Shown here: positions 32,901 to 41,009 of the stretch, piece after piece
Numbering within the stretch: position 1 is the stretch's first letter
Layout of the letters: every line of letters starts with the position of its first letter
Virus record (IMG/VR): IMGVR_UViG_3300033144_001394
Span: 1-57,655 of that record
Source of the DNA: a virus
Taxonomy: Duplodnaviria > Caudoviricetes
Strand: one strand, 5' to 3'
Length of the DNA: 57,655 bases
Position numbers and translations under genes: made by a program
Notes under the pieces: generated by a model
The model's input: the letters and a program-made list of their open reading frames with translations, nothing else
Databases searched by the model: none
What the model was told of the DNA's origin: nothing

Positions 32901-34733
32901 TTCTTTAGAAAAACTAGAGATGATGCTGAGGATGGTTTCAATTATGATGAAGATGAAGCTAATCTAGTTAGAGCTGATATATTTGATAATGAAGTTACAG
33001 GTGTCCCTATTGCAGGATTATACGATATAGAGAACAACGACGTATCAACTGATATTACTTATACAATGATGAGATATATGTTATCTGCTGAACGTCAAAA
33101 ACAATTGGTTGCTATTTCACCAGTAGCCCGAGCGATACAGAAAGTAGTTAATGATCCTAAACATGAAGTAAAGGATCTAACTAAGAAGCATAGATTCAAT
33201 CTGGTACATAAAGGTATTACAACCTATCTTAATAAGAAGGGTATGAAAGTTCGAGCTAGCGCTGTTAATAACTTTATGGAGCGTGAGTTTGAGGGACAGA
33301 ACATGAAAGGTATTGAAACACCTTGGCTTAACAATGCTGCTAATAAGATGTTTGGTAGAGCCTCATTTGGGTTCTTTGCTTTGAATATTCCTTCAGCTCT
33401 TAAGAACTCATTTGGAGCTAAGTTCCAGGGAATGATTGAAGCTGCTGCAGGTAAGTATATGAATGCTCGATCATTTGCGGCAGGGGATATTTTGGCAGGG
33501 AAAGTTATGATGGAGACGAGTAATCAGATTTATAGACGTACTCCTAAGAGTCTTCATATGCAGATGACTGAGGTATTTGATTTTTCACAAGGAAGATTTG
33601 AGGATCCAACTAAGTTTGGTACAGATCTATCACGTACGATTACTCAAGATATAGCAAGTTTTAGTTGGTTATATAACTTTCGTAAATGGGTAGAATTACA
33701 GGCAACATATCAGATTGGATTTGGTATGTTAAAGTATCAGAAAATAGAGATGGAAGATGGAACTATAATTAATTATGATCAAGCTTGGGAAGTAGTAGAT
33801 GGAAAGATTCAACTTAAGGAAGGTGTTCCAGCGGAATGGGGTATTACTTATAATGAAGAAGGTGAGATTCAAATAGGCAAAGAGTTTATGCGTTGGAAGA
33901 ATAAGATGCAGCAGGTGATGAATAATCTTCAAGGTGCTTATTCTAAGTTTGATCAACCAGAAGCTCAAAGATATTTAGCATTTAGATTTTTGTCTTATTT
34001 ACGTAGATACTTTACTACAATGACGATGAACCGTTGGGGTTACTCAGGTAAATTCTGGAATGCAAAACCTCGTCTTAATCCAGGGCTTGGTGATACACAA
34101 AAAGGTTTCTATGTTGAGTTCCTTAACACATTTAAAAATACAATAACTTCACTTGGTGGTAATCTGCAGTATATGACTAAGGAGGAGAAACGAGCTGCAA
34201 TAAAAGTAATTACTGAGGTAGGTTCTCTTATCTTACTGAACTTTTTAATGGGCGCACTTTTCGGATGGGATGGTGATGATGAGGATCGGTTTAAAAAGTT
34301 ACGTGAGAAAAGTGCATCATTACCATTTCCTTTTGTTTCTGATCAGAAGGGACGTGAGTTTGATGGATGGGGTTTTTTAGAGAATCATGTTCTATTGTTA
34401 TTTATGAATATTCAAGCGGAGAATGAACAATTCTTACCTCTACCTGGAATAGGTTTAGATGATTATACAGCAATGCTTGATTTAAAATCAATAGCATTTG
34501 GACCTACTGTTAAGACGTATCGTCAGATAGTAGATGATCTTTTAGATATAGCGCAGGGTGATGATAGCGCTTATTATAAAAGAGATGTTGGACCTTATAA
34601 TTGGCAACGTAAAGGTGGTGCTAAGATCTGGTCTCATATTGCAAGAACTGTTGGATTAACAGGTTCGTCAATAGCTCCTGAAAAAGCAATTAAAGGTTTA
34701 CAGACATCTAAAGCTGCAGGTAGAGCTGGGTAA
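26973..34733 (+). CDS. Giant virion cargo protein, 2586 aa, with two zincin-like modules and a hydrophobic C-terminal segment
   Basis: HEFSH (27366-27380) and HEFAH (29595-29609) in similar helical contexts; MxxxCPNKNxPEWK start; VITEVGSLILLNFLMGALFGW near the C-terminus. Confidence 0.75.
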   Translation: MAAVCPNKNTPEWKSLVNEVGEFEAYRDFLEYNGDIRGARVVRKKLAVRARNIPERLQKERTTSAGVPVALDILENLAKDLAAKFGDEYAYRVEPYPNKPWKGKVEAASVENGGKRTIVINSAKATLDTPLHEFSHILLDMIKNENQVLYAELRRTIPLTKEGRAELAQVRKYYPELKEGEDIDETIVELMGRHAADLISTKSKLYTLLESIWNSIKKHIAKIISEGTGHTVQTVDLEKDTTIAVLAELLTIKNLKFTAGTQVKEKLSEIAAKNNKQIQEMENQLTIMNSLDVDNPETSNDPEALVSYYSDYRIHAISRKSLDAISDIGKVWPIIKKYLSATSDPSQFHQDTIKLTNKMMEMGASLTPEEKLTTLRLNDEFDNWFMVFNSFKNETKESFIKDLKDDPKALWPAGKFISSVKKQTDNYSQQTTIAAITSSLRNDERFITKLFPNVHSTYSIEEQLNEKTIADISAVLEYNIEDLKINISKPIRAKGEFVMNIDNVGRGFEGDFKDETITVNIDYKTDGSLYVGFKSSEWLYGDPVWVVDFDKDKAKVGDRVMLKQPPGVAAVQKRHKIYNQPFGQIEDILEDGTVIMELLNINDPYTILDTYLKDDYQIIGDQTSGVIAISPDLLNSVVTQSGRAARVMRQVLKEVSRYGYNFNYTAITFAASESDWGNESMMRQAIYQGMAQRMFGKDFALVSHNVAIKSHAELEAEARDKWIAEGKDPEKFSMKTIAGLIKRGEITNINYDLDTIVIPQSYRDGLFVQKDVYQKERIDSSVPEDAVDSLAGLSTAQNPIKEKPLSPEENNKIRAVEIAKKLSNQLDVDYQMVTSDEAMAITANAENPWNGQPAFFFGGIVYFVGDKLDTDLVLHEFAHPLLRQIKVTNKELFDNLYMQLSQTSEGQKIIKMVSEKYPNLTEDMAKEEVLAQALGEAGAQQLDGLKPQSKFAAFIKELMYQIKQLLRGNFGQNIKISKLNPSTSMNSLAEILMKGGNFDIQTDQISQEDVVAYQQEQTQYIDDLINVDTGGIQAMLNNAHNASSHQLETLIKQKKWAELADLLTDEYGYGDLQRIKKETGAFQNALLNAAKEAKNSSEHLRNQAGALVNVIFRLEKIMDKINRHVKDLMTDEETDSLENLTKLTYYDSIVSYWAQFVEEAKGEINKNDIPHDSAIVQSINGISTLTDRFHIMRDEIFAIGARDTLYNELEPMGRDLKKRYESIIAKLKERKAPQKQIDKWHMEYYGMTEEEFIILDRLRKEKRAGKLRLSEQSKYDALMLKNAQGIEISPEKIEGLLKGQMGDANFFNSYLEGYLYNTDPVIGGLALYVKNHLNQVMVTAQAKFQDFKKDIWPLMDAIGVNPHNIGKFGEMMGFEDSVGKFNRETGEIEDRKVWTLLNKFKDYRLDLARVRDAVDRAETDYQTSGSDKDKRVLIAAVNTRKQLLRDYFHQEYTDKFYNRDQGLVRNDQDTIGQDATYLRDNIYERMNALTDNAKTESDNLALTSQMDNLWSEYHQLHSLYTLDGKPKNARDTEIAKRLRAYRKESKQYYEWKLRKGVFENALARYEQELREAGVIDKDIFDTARAEWIHKNTRSVIKQEWYDHRADLLKKIDKINSKLYKHLTAAEIKAINQNVDYEKIMDLTSPFKDDNKQTRANEMSIESLAAVKASEEAIAKKKKNYITRSGLTPIQSARLSELHKIDKKKRTVSQNQEMADIYADKKKFGLSEGEILALDAYYAELASLSNRDASEYYVEVMNGWLSMLDTTYLYDQYETNDITSESANSILEPRILQSLMGQNEEFDKWFKANHIFKEFFDKTATPPAMSGAWERTRAWSIVRPSDPAHYESIEVVNSEGEVETIPGLPKLSYYARVVRPEFRTERIVGETVDNQGQWLPKTIEQKAKDGKYRNQAYYDMAENEPGQFKALMMLTKHHLANQEGLSWKNRLYLDFPRFRKSNLETVQRGNPITIWANRAKDFFRKTRDDAEDGFNYDEDEANLVRADIFDNEVTGVPIAGLYDIENNDVSTDITYTMMRYMLSAERQKQLVAISPVARAIQKVVNDPKHEVKDLTKKHRFNLVHKGITTYLNKKGMKVRASAVNNFMEREFEGQNMKGIETPWLNNAANKMFGRASFGFFALNIPSALKNSFGAKFQGMIEAAAGKYMNARSFAAGDILAGKVMMETSNQIYRRTPKSLHMQMTEVFDFSQGRFEDPTKFGTDLSRTITQDIASFSWLYNFRKWVELQATYQIGFGMLKYQKIEMEDGTIINYDQAWEVVDGKIQLKEGVPAEWGITYNEEGEIQIGKEFMRWKNKMQQVMNNLQGAYSKFDQPEAQRYLAFRFLSYLRRYFTTMTMNRWGYSGKFWNAKPRLNPGLGDTQKGFYVEFLNTFKNTITSLGGNLQYMTKEEKRAAIKVITEVGSLILLNFLMGALFGWDGDDEDRFKKLREKSASLPFPFVSDQKGREFDGWGFLENHVLLLFMNIQAENEQFLPLPGIGLDDYTAMLDLKSIAFGPTVKTYRQIVDDLLDIAQGDDSAYYKRDVGPYNWQRKGGAKIWSHIARTVGLTGSSIAPEKAIKGLQTSKAAGRAG

Positions 34734-34758
34734 TTTAGTATGACAAGGTTGACTGGTG

Positions 34759-34795
34759 AAAAAAAAAAGGAGTACCGAATGGCACTCCTTTTCTT
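34759..34795. terminator. Bidirectional intrinsic terminator between the convergent structural and replication blocks
   Basis: A10 run, then hairpin aggagtacc-gaat-ggcactcct, then tttcttt; on the - strand a 9-bp stem with one G-U pair followed by a U-tract. Confidence 0.85.
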
Positions 34796-36687
34796 TATTC
34801 TACCTCTACCAAGGCTTCCATTAAAACGACCACTTCACCGGTGTTTAATGTAACGTTGTATTGTTTATCCTTCTTCTCAAATGTGAACTCCTTTATGGAG
34901 CCATATATGTCAAGTAGTTCCTCTTGAATCTTCTGACGAATAGGATCCGGATCATCTGCTTTATCTTCTGCAGGTGGTATGATTTCAATCTCATCATGAG
35001 ACATCATAGTTGCAGCTTTCAAACCATCCTCCTCTACGGCATCTACATTAAGTTCTGCAGGTACTTCCTCTTCACTTGATGCTGGAGGTTCTTCCTTAAC
35101 ATCCTCAGCTGTTGCTTGCTTAGGTAAAACAGGTTCAGGTGTCTCCTCCTCTACTTCGACAACTTCCTCTTCAATTTCAACTTCAAGAGTTATAAGAGCA
35201 AAGTTCTTATCATCATGATCGATTACAGTAAGTTCGAAGAAGTCTCCCTCTATCTCTATTATATCACCAGCACCTTGTCCAGGGAATGCATACTCTACAT
35301 CTACCTTAGACATGGTTGGGGTATCGTTGTTAACGGTAACCACAGTTCCTTCAGCTTCAATAACAGATGTTTTCTTGAGTATGTATTCTACAGCTGTCAT
35401 ATCTATAATCTTATAGGATTCTTCATCAATCGTGATAAGAGTCCCTATGTCTGCGTTAGGTTCAAATTGACGAACATCAACTTTACTCATATTAACAGTA
35501 GCTAATTCAGGATCGGTAGAAACAAGTTCTTCACTGCTTGCTGCTCTAAGTTTAGCTACTTCTTCTTCAGTCATATTATCTCCATACTTCTCAATGATTT
35601 CATCTACAGTAAGTTTCTCAGTCTTAACAGTACCATCTGTTAACATAGCTGCTAACTCCTCTTGGGATTTAGGATCTACTCTTTCAGGAGTTACTGATTT
35701 GAATTCATCTGGTGGTACAACCTCTGCAACTTCCTTTTCAACTTGCTCATGATAATCATGTCCGGGTTCCTCCTCCTCTTTCATCTCTACTGGGCTGAAT
35801 GTGTTGGTTGCTTTAACCATCTCTTCAAGCTGATCGATTGGTTCTTCTGAAGGAGTAATTGGTTCACTTCCATCAAGATTAGCTAATGGTGGATAAACAA
35901 TTAGATCTTTAGGATCAGTTTCTAAATCAAGGACTACTTCAGCTACTTCTGTTTCTTCCGAATCAAACTGTTGAAGACCCACATGATCCATGATAAACAT
36001 GTGCACCATTCTCTGCTGGTCCATCCAGTTCTTTGGATTGGATTTAGCAAGAGATACTAAGATGTGATTATAGCATGACCATAGTGAGTCTGATGCTGTG
36101 GTATATTGGAAGCGAGGCTTCTTATATTCCTTCTTAATAACACCCGCCTGTTCTCCACTGATGATACCCAACTCGAAATAGAGGATGCCAACTATCTCAG
36201 CCAACTCTCGTTGAGTTAGCGTCTTTGCTTTCATTTGGTCTTTATCTCGGCATAGTTGTGAGAAGTATGCTTCTGCTGCAGCGATCTGTTCTTGGATTGT
36301 CTTATTAGTCTCCTCATCAGCATTTCCTGTATGTTTCCTGTTGTAGTTGTTTATCGTATCAGAGATAACGGAAGCTCCACTAGCTCTAACGAATCCACCT
36401 ACAGCACATTTAAACTTCATAGATTTATCATACGAGTTTGCCCAGGTAAATAACATACCTAGATCCGGATCGCTTCCGTATTCAATTCTGTATTGTGCAG
36501 TGGCTACTTCACCATTTGCGTTTGCTTTGTATACTTCTTTCTTCACATCAAAGCCCCGCTTTTCTAGCTCAGCTCTTGTTGTATCAATTAAGAATTCATG
36601 TGATATTACAGTATACGTTTTAGTTGCGTTTGGTAATGCTACGTCTATTAGACTAGCTGCATCAACTTTTCCTGCTCTTGTTCCCAT
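34795..36687 (-). CDS. DUF932/DUF945-like N-terminal domain with a long acidic C-terminal extension
   Basis: TYTVISH...WANSYDKSMKF...RKHTG...SLWSCYNH; Glu-rich tail with an internal MSKVDV repeat. Confidence 0.65.
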   Translation of the reverse strand: MGTRAGKVDAASLIDVALPNATKTYTVISHEFLIDTTRAELEKRGFDVKKEVYKANANGEVATAQYRIEYGSDPDLGMLFTWANSYDKSMKFKCAVGGFVRASGASVISDTINNYNRKHTGNADEETNKTIQEQIAAAEAYFSQLCRDKDQMKAKTLTQRELAEIVGILYFELGIISGEQAGVIKKEYKKPRFQYTTASDSLWSCYNHILVSLAKSNPKNWMDQQRMVHMFIMDHVGLQQFDSEETEVAEVVLDLETDPKDLIVYPPLANLDGSEPITPSEEPIDQLEEMVKATNTFSPVEMKEEEEPGHDYHEQVEKEVAEVVPPDEFKSVTPERVDPKSQEELAAMLTDGTVKTEKLTVDEIIEKYGDNMTEEEVAKLRAASSEELVSTDPELATVNMSKVDVRQFEPNADIGTLITIDEESYKIIDMTAVEYILKKTSVIEAEGTVVTVNNDTPTMSKVDVEYAFPGQGAGDIIEIEGDFFELTVIDHDDKNFALITLEVEIEEEVVEVEEETPEPVLPKQATAEDVKEEPPASSEEEVPAELNVDAVEEDGLKAATMMSHDEIEIIPPAEDKADDPDPIRQKIQEELLDIYGSIKEFTFEKKDKQYNVTLNTGEVVVLMEALVEVE

Positions 36688-36698
36688 TTAATAAAGGT

Positions 36699-38714
36699 TT
36701 AGAATAATTTAATTTGATTGTTGAATATTTCTGGTGTTAGCCCTTTGATCTCTGAATAGATCTTGTCTAGGTAGTATCTCTCATTGATATCATACTTCTT
36801 CCAAGGTTTCTCCTCGTAGACATTAAATACTGTGGCTAACCAACCGCCGGCATCAACTTGAATTTCCCGACCGTCGCTAATGTTAATCTTCATTAACTTG
36901 CTACCCTTGTTAGAGACATAGTAGCGTAGTGTCTTTTGAATATCTACTCTTTGTAATATTCCGTCTTCCATATAGAGCTCGATAAACTTCCACATACCTG
37001 TAGCCCTAGTGGCCCCGCAATAGTCGAAGATGTTTCGGTTCTGTTTTAAATAGTCCTCTGGTAGAGTACCATGAACGAAATAGGCGAAGATTGCCTTTCG
37101 CACTACAAGCAAGGATTTATTCTTGTGCAGCGCTAGGTCAACAAAGTCTAACCTTCCTTTACCTTTTGTTGGTGAGTACCAATATTTCTTACCTTCAGTT
37201 GTCTTATCAATACTCAGTGGATAATGTGTATGAGCTTGTGATAGTTCCACAAATTCTTCCTTGGATATTTCTTTCTTCTTGAATATTCCGATATAGTTAT
37301 TCACATCAGGTAAGATGAGCTTGATGTACTCATCATGCTCTAGGTTTAACAGTGTAAGATCTTCCCATTCCTCACAGATCTCCATGTATTGTTTCTCATA
37401 TTCTCGTGGAATCATGGTTTCAATACCATCTGTATTTTGCATGAGCGGCATCGCTCCTGGTATACGTTCAGAGATCATTTCATATAACATCATCAAGGTC
37501 AGCTGTCCATTCACTGTGACACGGATCATAAACTCCGGATCATATAGGAAACTGTTCTTGTCATTACTTTGTCCATAGGCTGCGTTAAGTACAATCTTGT
37601 ACACATAGTTCTTTGGATTCTTTTTCGGAATAGTTTTCCTCTCGTCAAAGAGACCTTCATATACGTCACAAAAATCCTTCTTTGGTAGATGAGCTGGTGC
37701 CCACTTGTTACGAATAGCTAGATTAGGATAGAAGCTGGTAACATCTGATGACATGATGATCATATCATTTTCTGCTACATGTACTCCTTTAGGACGAGCA
37801 CCATGTACTCCTCCAGTCCCAAATGTTGTCTTCACGCCACGATACTTCATCGTATGCTTGAATGTACCTTTCAGGTTGTTTGCGTCCAACTCAAGCTCCG
37901 TAAATGCTTTTAGTAAAGCTTGGAACTCGGGACGTTCGAATTTGATATAAGGCAAGATAAGGTCCTTTACTACGATTTTATCTCTGAATGTACGCATCTT
38001 CTTAAGCTTAGCTTTAGATAGACCAGTCTTCTTACTTATGAAATGCATGAAGACTTCCTTTCCTATTCTAGGTTCAGATGCGCTGTATAGATTAATATCG
38101 TATTCCTTAGTCAATGCACCACGAAGTTCAATCTCCTTAGTATTCCTTTGCATGATAGCCTTGGTAGCGGATACATCATTCCTACAATAGAGAGCAACCT
38201 CCTTGAGCTGCTCCGCTGTCGTGATAAGGGAAGTATGTTTGATAGGCATGTCCATAACGTTATGCCAATCCATACCAACCTCAGCCCATTTCAATGAGCA
38301 TGACTTTGCTCCACTGTCCCAGTGATTTAGTTTGAATAGATCTATCTGTTTAATAGATAGCTTCCATTCGGGGCACTTAGCCCATTCTCGGGCATTACTT
38401 CGTGCTATGGCATCTTGTGCCTCCTGATAGATCATGTTGGCTACCTTCTCACCTTTCACTCGAACCAACTTTGCACCGGCCTTGATGATGAACTGTGTGA
38501 TCTGAGCATCAAACGCAATTCCGTTATAGGAGATGTGCCATTCATTGTTGTTGATATTCTGCTTAAAGAATTGTAGCAGTTCAGGTAGATCATTACGTAA
38601 CTTCCCTATGGTGAATACCTTTACTTCATCTGTCTTGTAGTGTTCGAAGCAACCTAGGAAACAATTACGAAGAGTTTCGTAATCCATGACCCAGTGCGTT
38701 TGTTGATTACTCAT
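36699..38714 (-). CDS. polB: Family B DNA polymerase (crAss-like); likely start at 38714 (MSNQQ)
   Basis: ExoI DYET, ExoII YNGIAFD, ExoIII YCRNDV; polymerase motifs SDVTSFYP, YKIVLNAAYG, NTDG. Confidence 0.93.
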   Translation of the reverse strand: MSNQQTHWVMDYETLRNCFLGCFEHYKTDEVKVFTIGKLRNDLPELLQFFKQNINNNEWHISYNGIAFDAQITQFIIKAGAKLVRVKGEKVANMIYQEAQDAIARSNAREWAKCPEWKLSIKQIDLFKLNHWDSGAKSCSLKWAEVGMDWHNVMDMPIKHTSLITTAEQLKEVALYCRNDVSATKAIMQRNTKEIELRGALTKEYDINLYSASEPRIGKEVFMHFISKKTGLSKAKLKKMRTFRDKIVVKDLILPYIKFERPEFQALLKAFTELELDANNLKGTFKHTMKYRGVKTTFGTGGVHGARPKGVHVAENDMIIMSSDVTSFYPNLAIRNKWAPAHLPKKDFCDVYEGLFDERKTIPKKNPKNYVYKIVLNAAYGQSNDKNSFLYDPEFMIRVTVNGQLTLMMLYEMISERIPGAMPLMQNTDGIETMIPREYEKQYMEICEEWEDLTLLNLEHDEYIKLILPDVNNYIGIFKKKEISKEEFVELSQAHTHYPLSIDKTTEGKKYWYSPTKGKGRLDFVDLALHKNKSLLVVRKAIFAYFVHGTLPEDYLKQNRNIFDYCGATRATGMWKFIELYMEDGILQRVDIQKTLRYYVSNKGSKLMKINISDGREIQVDAGGWLATVFNVYEEKPWKKYDINERYYLDKIYSEIKGLTPEIFNNQIKLF

Positions 38715-38730
38715 AGAAATTAGTTTAGCC

Positions 38731-38756
38731 AAAAAGAGCAGGCTATTGACCTGCTC
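38731..38756 (-). terminator. Intrinsic terminator-like hairpin just upstream of the DNA polymerase gene
   Basis: - strand gagcagg-tcaatag-cctgctc-ttttt. Confidence 0.7.
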
Positions 38757-38787
38757 CATCTGGGTTTGTTATATGAAAAGATTATTC

Positions 38788-39306
38788 TTACGATTTAGGC
38801 ATCGGTATCTTCTTACCCTTCTTAACCTTCTTGGTTAAGTCTGGGTTAATCTCATTTCCATTTTTATCTAAGAGTTTGCCTAATGGACCTTTGATAATAT
38901 TAGCTTCTTCTTTGATGTCTTTATCAATCATGTACTCCTCAAAACTATATTCCAAGTTTATAGCGAAGTTCTTTATGAACGCAATCTGCTCATCCTTCTT
39001 GATGATGTAGTACTCTTGATAGGTCTCAATAATCTTTCGTTCCTTCTTAGCCTTACTTCGATGTCTTTGCGGATCAAAGTTCTTAATAAGCATTGGGTAA
39101 CCATCATCATCAAGCTTCTCGGTCATATGAAAACCGTTCTTCTTATTCTTCCCGATTACAACAAGGAAGTTAATTGAGGGATCATAGATGCATTCCACAT
39201 ATGGACAGTCGTCCGATATGGGAATCATCTTGAATGAATTATTTTCACCGTAATAAGAGGACACTAAAAGCATGCTAGGTTCTCTATATTTTTGTTCTTT
39301 ACTCAT
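38788..39306 (-). CDS. Hypothetical phage protein (172 aa)
   Basis: ORF in the replication operon; SFKMIPISDDCPYVECIYDP motif. Confidence 0.7.
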   Translation of the reverse strand: MSKEQKYREPSMLLVSSYYGENNSFKMIPISDDCPYVECIYDPSINFLVVIGKNKKNGFHMTEKLDDDGYPMLIKNFDPQRHRSKAKKERKIIETYQEYYIIKKDEQIAFIKNFAINLEYSFEEYMIDKDIKEEANIIKGPLGKLLDKNGNEINPDLTKKVKKGKKIPMPKS

Positions 39307-39311
39307 AATAT

Positions 39312-39944
39312 TTAGCTGGTTTTATCAGACAAATCTACAGATTTTATCTCAAAGTTTAAAATCTTTTTCTTAGCGAATAAGGTCTCTTTTTCCAGATCGG
39401 GTTTACTATATAGTTCTCCGACATCTTTTAAAAGTTCATACATTCGTAAGCGTTCTGCTTCTTGTTTTGACTGATCTTTTAAGTCTACAGTGAGCAACCT
39501 TGCATATTGACCATAGTACCTTTCTGGATATAGAAAGCTTTCCATGTATGTATAGTTACTCAGATTTGTTTTATAGAAGTCAAGTATTGTTTCTTTATGG
39601 CGATCACTTATCTTTGAGTACTTTCCACATAAGATACAGACATAGTCTTCATTATAAGACATGTTAAACACGTATGCTCTAAGACTCCCCTCTTCTAGTT
39701 CATAGGACTTATGAAATAGAGGGTTACCAAATAGTTTAACATCTTCAAATACTTTGAATTCGCGGTCATCACGCATATGATACGTACAGATAAACATTTG
39801 CTTATCAATACCATACTCGCTAAACCAACTCATATAGGTATCTTTCGGGGTTATACTTGATCCACGTTTGATACCTAATATAGGATATAAAAATAATCTA
39901 CTCTTTTGATAATAATCTCGATATAGTTCTTCAATCTTTGCCAT
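39312..39944 (-). CDS. Hypothetical phage protein (210 aa)
   Basis: Tightly packed ORF; KSRLFLYP...GKYSKIS...YPERY. Confidence 0.7.
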   Translation of the reverse strand: MAKIEELYRDYYQKSRLFLYPILGIKRGSSITPKDTYMSWFSEYGIDKQMFICTYHMRDDREFKVFEDVKLFGNPLFHKSYELEEGSLRAYVFNMSYNEDYVCILCGKYSKISDRHKETILDFYKTNLSNYTYMESFLYPERYYGQYARLLTVDLKDQSKQEAERLRMYELLKDVGELYSKPDLEKETLFAKKKILNFEIKSVDLSDKTS

Positions 39945-39949
39945 AGTTA

Positions 39950-40999
39950 TTACAGAAGTTTTGTTCCTGTAATAAATTCATAAGGTAGACTGAAGTCTTT
40001 ATTATCGTAGTGATACTGTATCTCATCCATTTTCTTCCACATCTTAGCTGTCCACATAGTCAGACTCGCGTTGCTTACAGCCCACGGGTATATCTGATTA
40101 AACTTATCAACAACTATAAATCGCACTTCAATTTTCCAAGTATCATCTATGACATCCTTAAGGAAGTCCATTACAAGCGTTAAATAAACGGCTGCTTGTA
40201 GCCAGTAGTCCCACATCTCAACTGAGTCGGGGAAATCGGTTACGGACTTTCCGGTTGTCTTTAGATCATTAATACGTATCAGTTTATTTGTTACATCTAC
40301 GGTTACGTTATCTAACACTCCTTTGAGTCCGAAAGGTCTGTCTTTCAGTTCCATCTTCCAAGGCATCTCATTATATACCTGGAAGTTTACTTGATCAGAC
40401 TCTCTGTCCATTCCGAGTAGCTCACGCACCTGTGCATGTTCTTTTAATAACTCTGCTCTTCGACTACATTTATCTAATGTTCCGCTATCAACTATCTCAC
40501 GTCCGTCTTGCGACTGTACTAGAAAGTTGAAATAATTTGTGTATTTCGATTCAAGAATCTTCTCGACTCTCTTTTCATCACCAGTTTTCCAAGGTGCTTT
40601 TTTATCGTCCTTGAGTGACTGGTGTAAATTAATTTCTTGTAGGATCTCCAGTATCTCATCTGGAAAGTCTATAAGTTCTAGATCTGGATCGGCATCACGT
40701 TTTTTCCAAATCTCGAATACTTGTGTTACAACATCTGCTCCACCTCCTGATGGAATTCCTTCTGGAGATACTATAAACTTGTCATCAAAGTTCAACCCAT
40801 CGAGTAGGAGATAATGGATTACCGTTCCCTCGATGAGGTAGGTTTCCCGTTTATCATCCCGCTGACCTAACACATAATCCTTGTAGAAGTTGCGTGGTGC
40901 CTCGAGTAGCTTTCGCTTGCTGCTGTAACTGAAGTAAAAAGGTTTGCTGTAGAACTCAGCTTCTAAGTCGGCTTGTGCTACATCAATTGTGTTTAACAT
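39950..40999 (-). CDS. PD-(D/E)XK exonuclease (RecB/Cas4/exonuclease VIII-like); likely start at 40999
   Basis: FSYSS, GTVIH, E...KGVLD...INDLKTT, YWLQAAVY. Confidence 0.85.
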   Translation of the reverse strand: MLNTIDVAQADLEAEFYSKPFYFSYSSKRKLLEAPRNFYKDYVLGQRDDKRETYLIEGTVIHYLLLDGLNFDDKFIVSPEGIPSGGGADVVTQVFEIWKKRDADPDLELIDFPDEILEILQEINLHQSLKDDKKAPWKTGDEKRVEKILESKYTNYFNFLVQSQDGREIVDSGTLDKCSRRAELLKEHAQVRELLGMDRESDQVNFQVYNEMPWKMELKDRPFGLKGVLDNVTVDVTNKLIRINDLKTTGKSVTDFPDSVEMWDYWLQAAVYLTLVMDFLKDVIDDTWKIEVRFIVVDKFNQIYPWAVSNASLTMWTAKMWKKMDEIQYHYDNKDFSLPYEFITGTKLL

Positions 41000-41009
41000 A
41001 CAGTTCGTA

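Noticed and set aside
535-33968. Many short antisense or alternate-frame ORFs nested in the long genes
   Set aside because: Shadow ORFs with biased composition and no recognisable motifs
1-34733. Genome-wide TAG-to-Gln recoding as in some crAss-like phages
   Set aside because: Multi-kb ORFs are intact in the standard code with no internal TAG, and TAG ends genes followed by out-of-frame starts (e.g. 7271)
38715-38759. N-terminal extensions of polB, the exonuclease (41000-41086) and UDG (56014-56052) in the ORF track
   Set aside because: They overlap a terminator or neighbouring genes; downstream Met starts fit better
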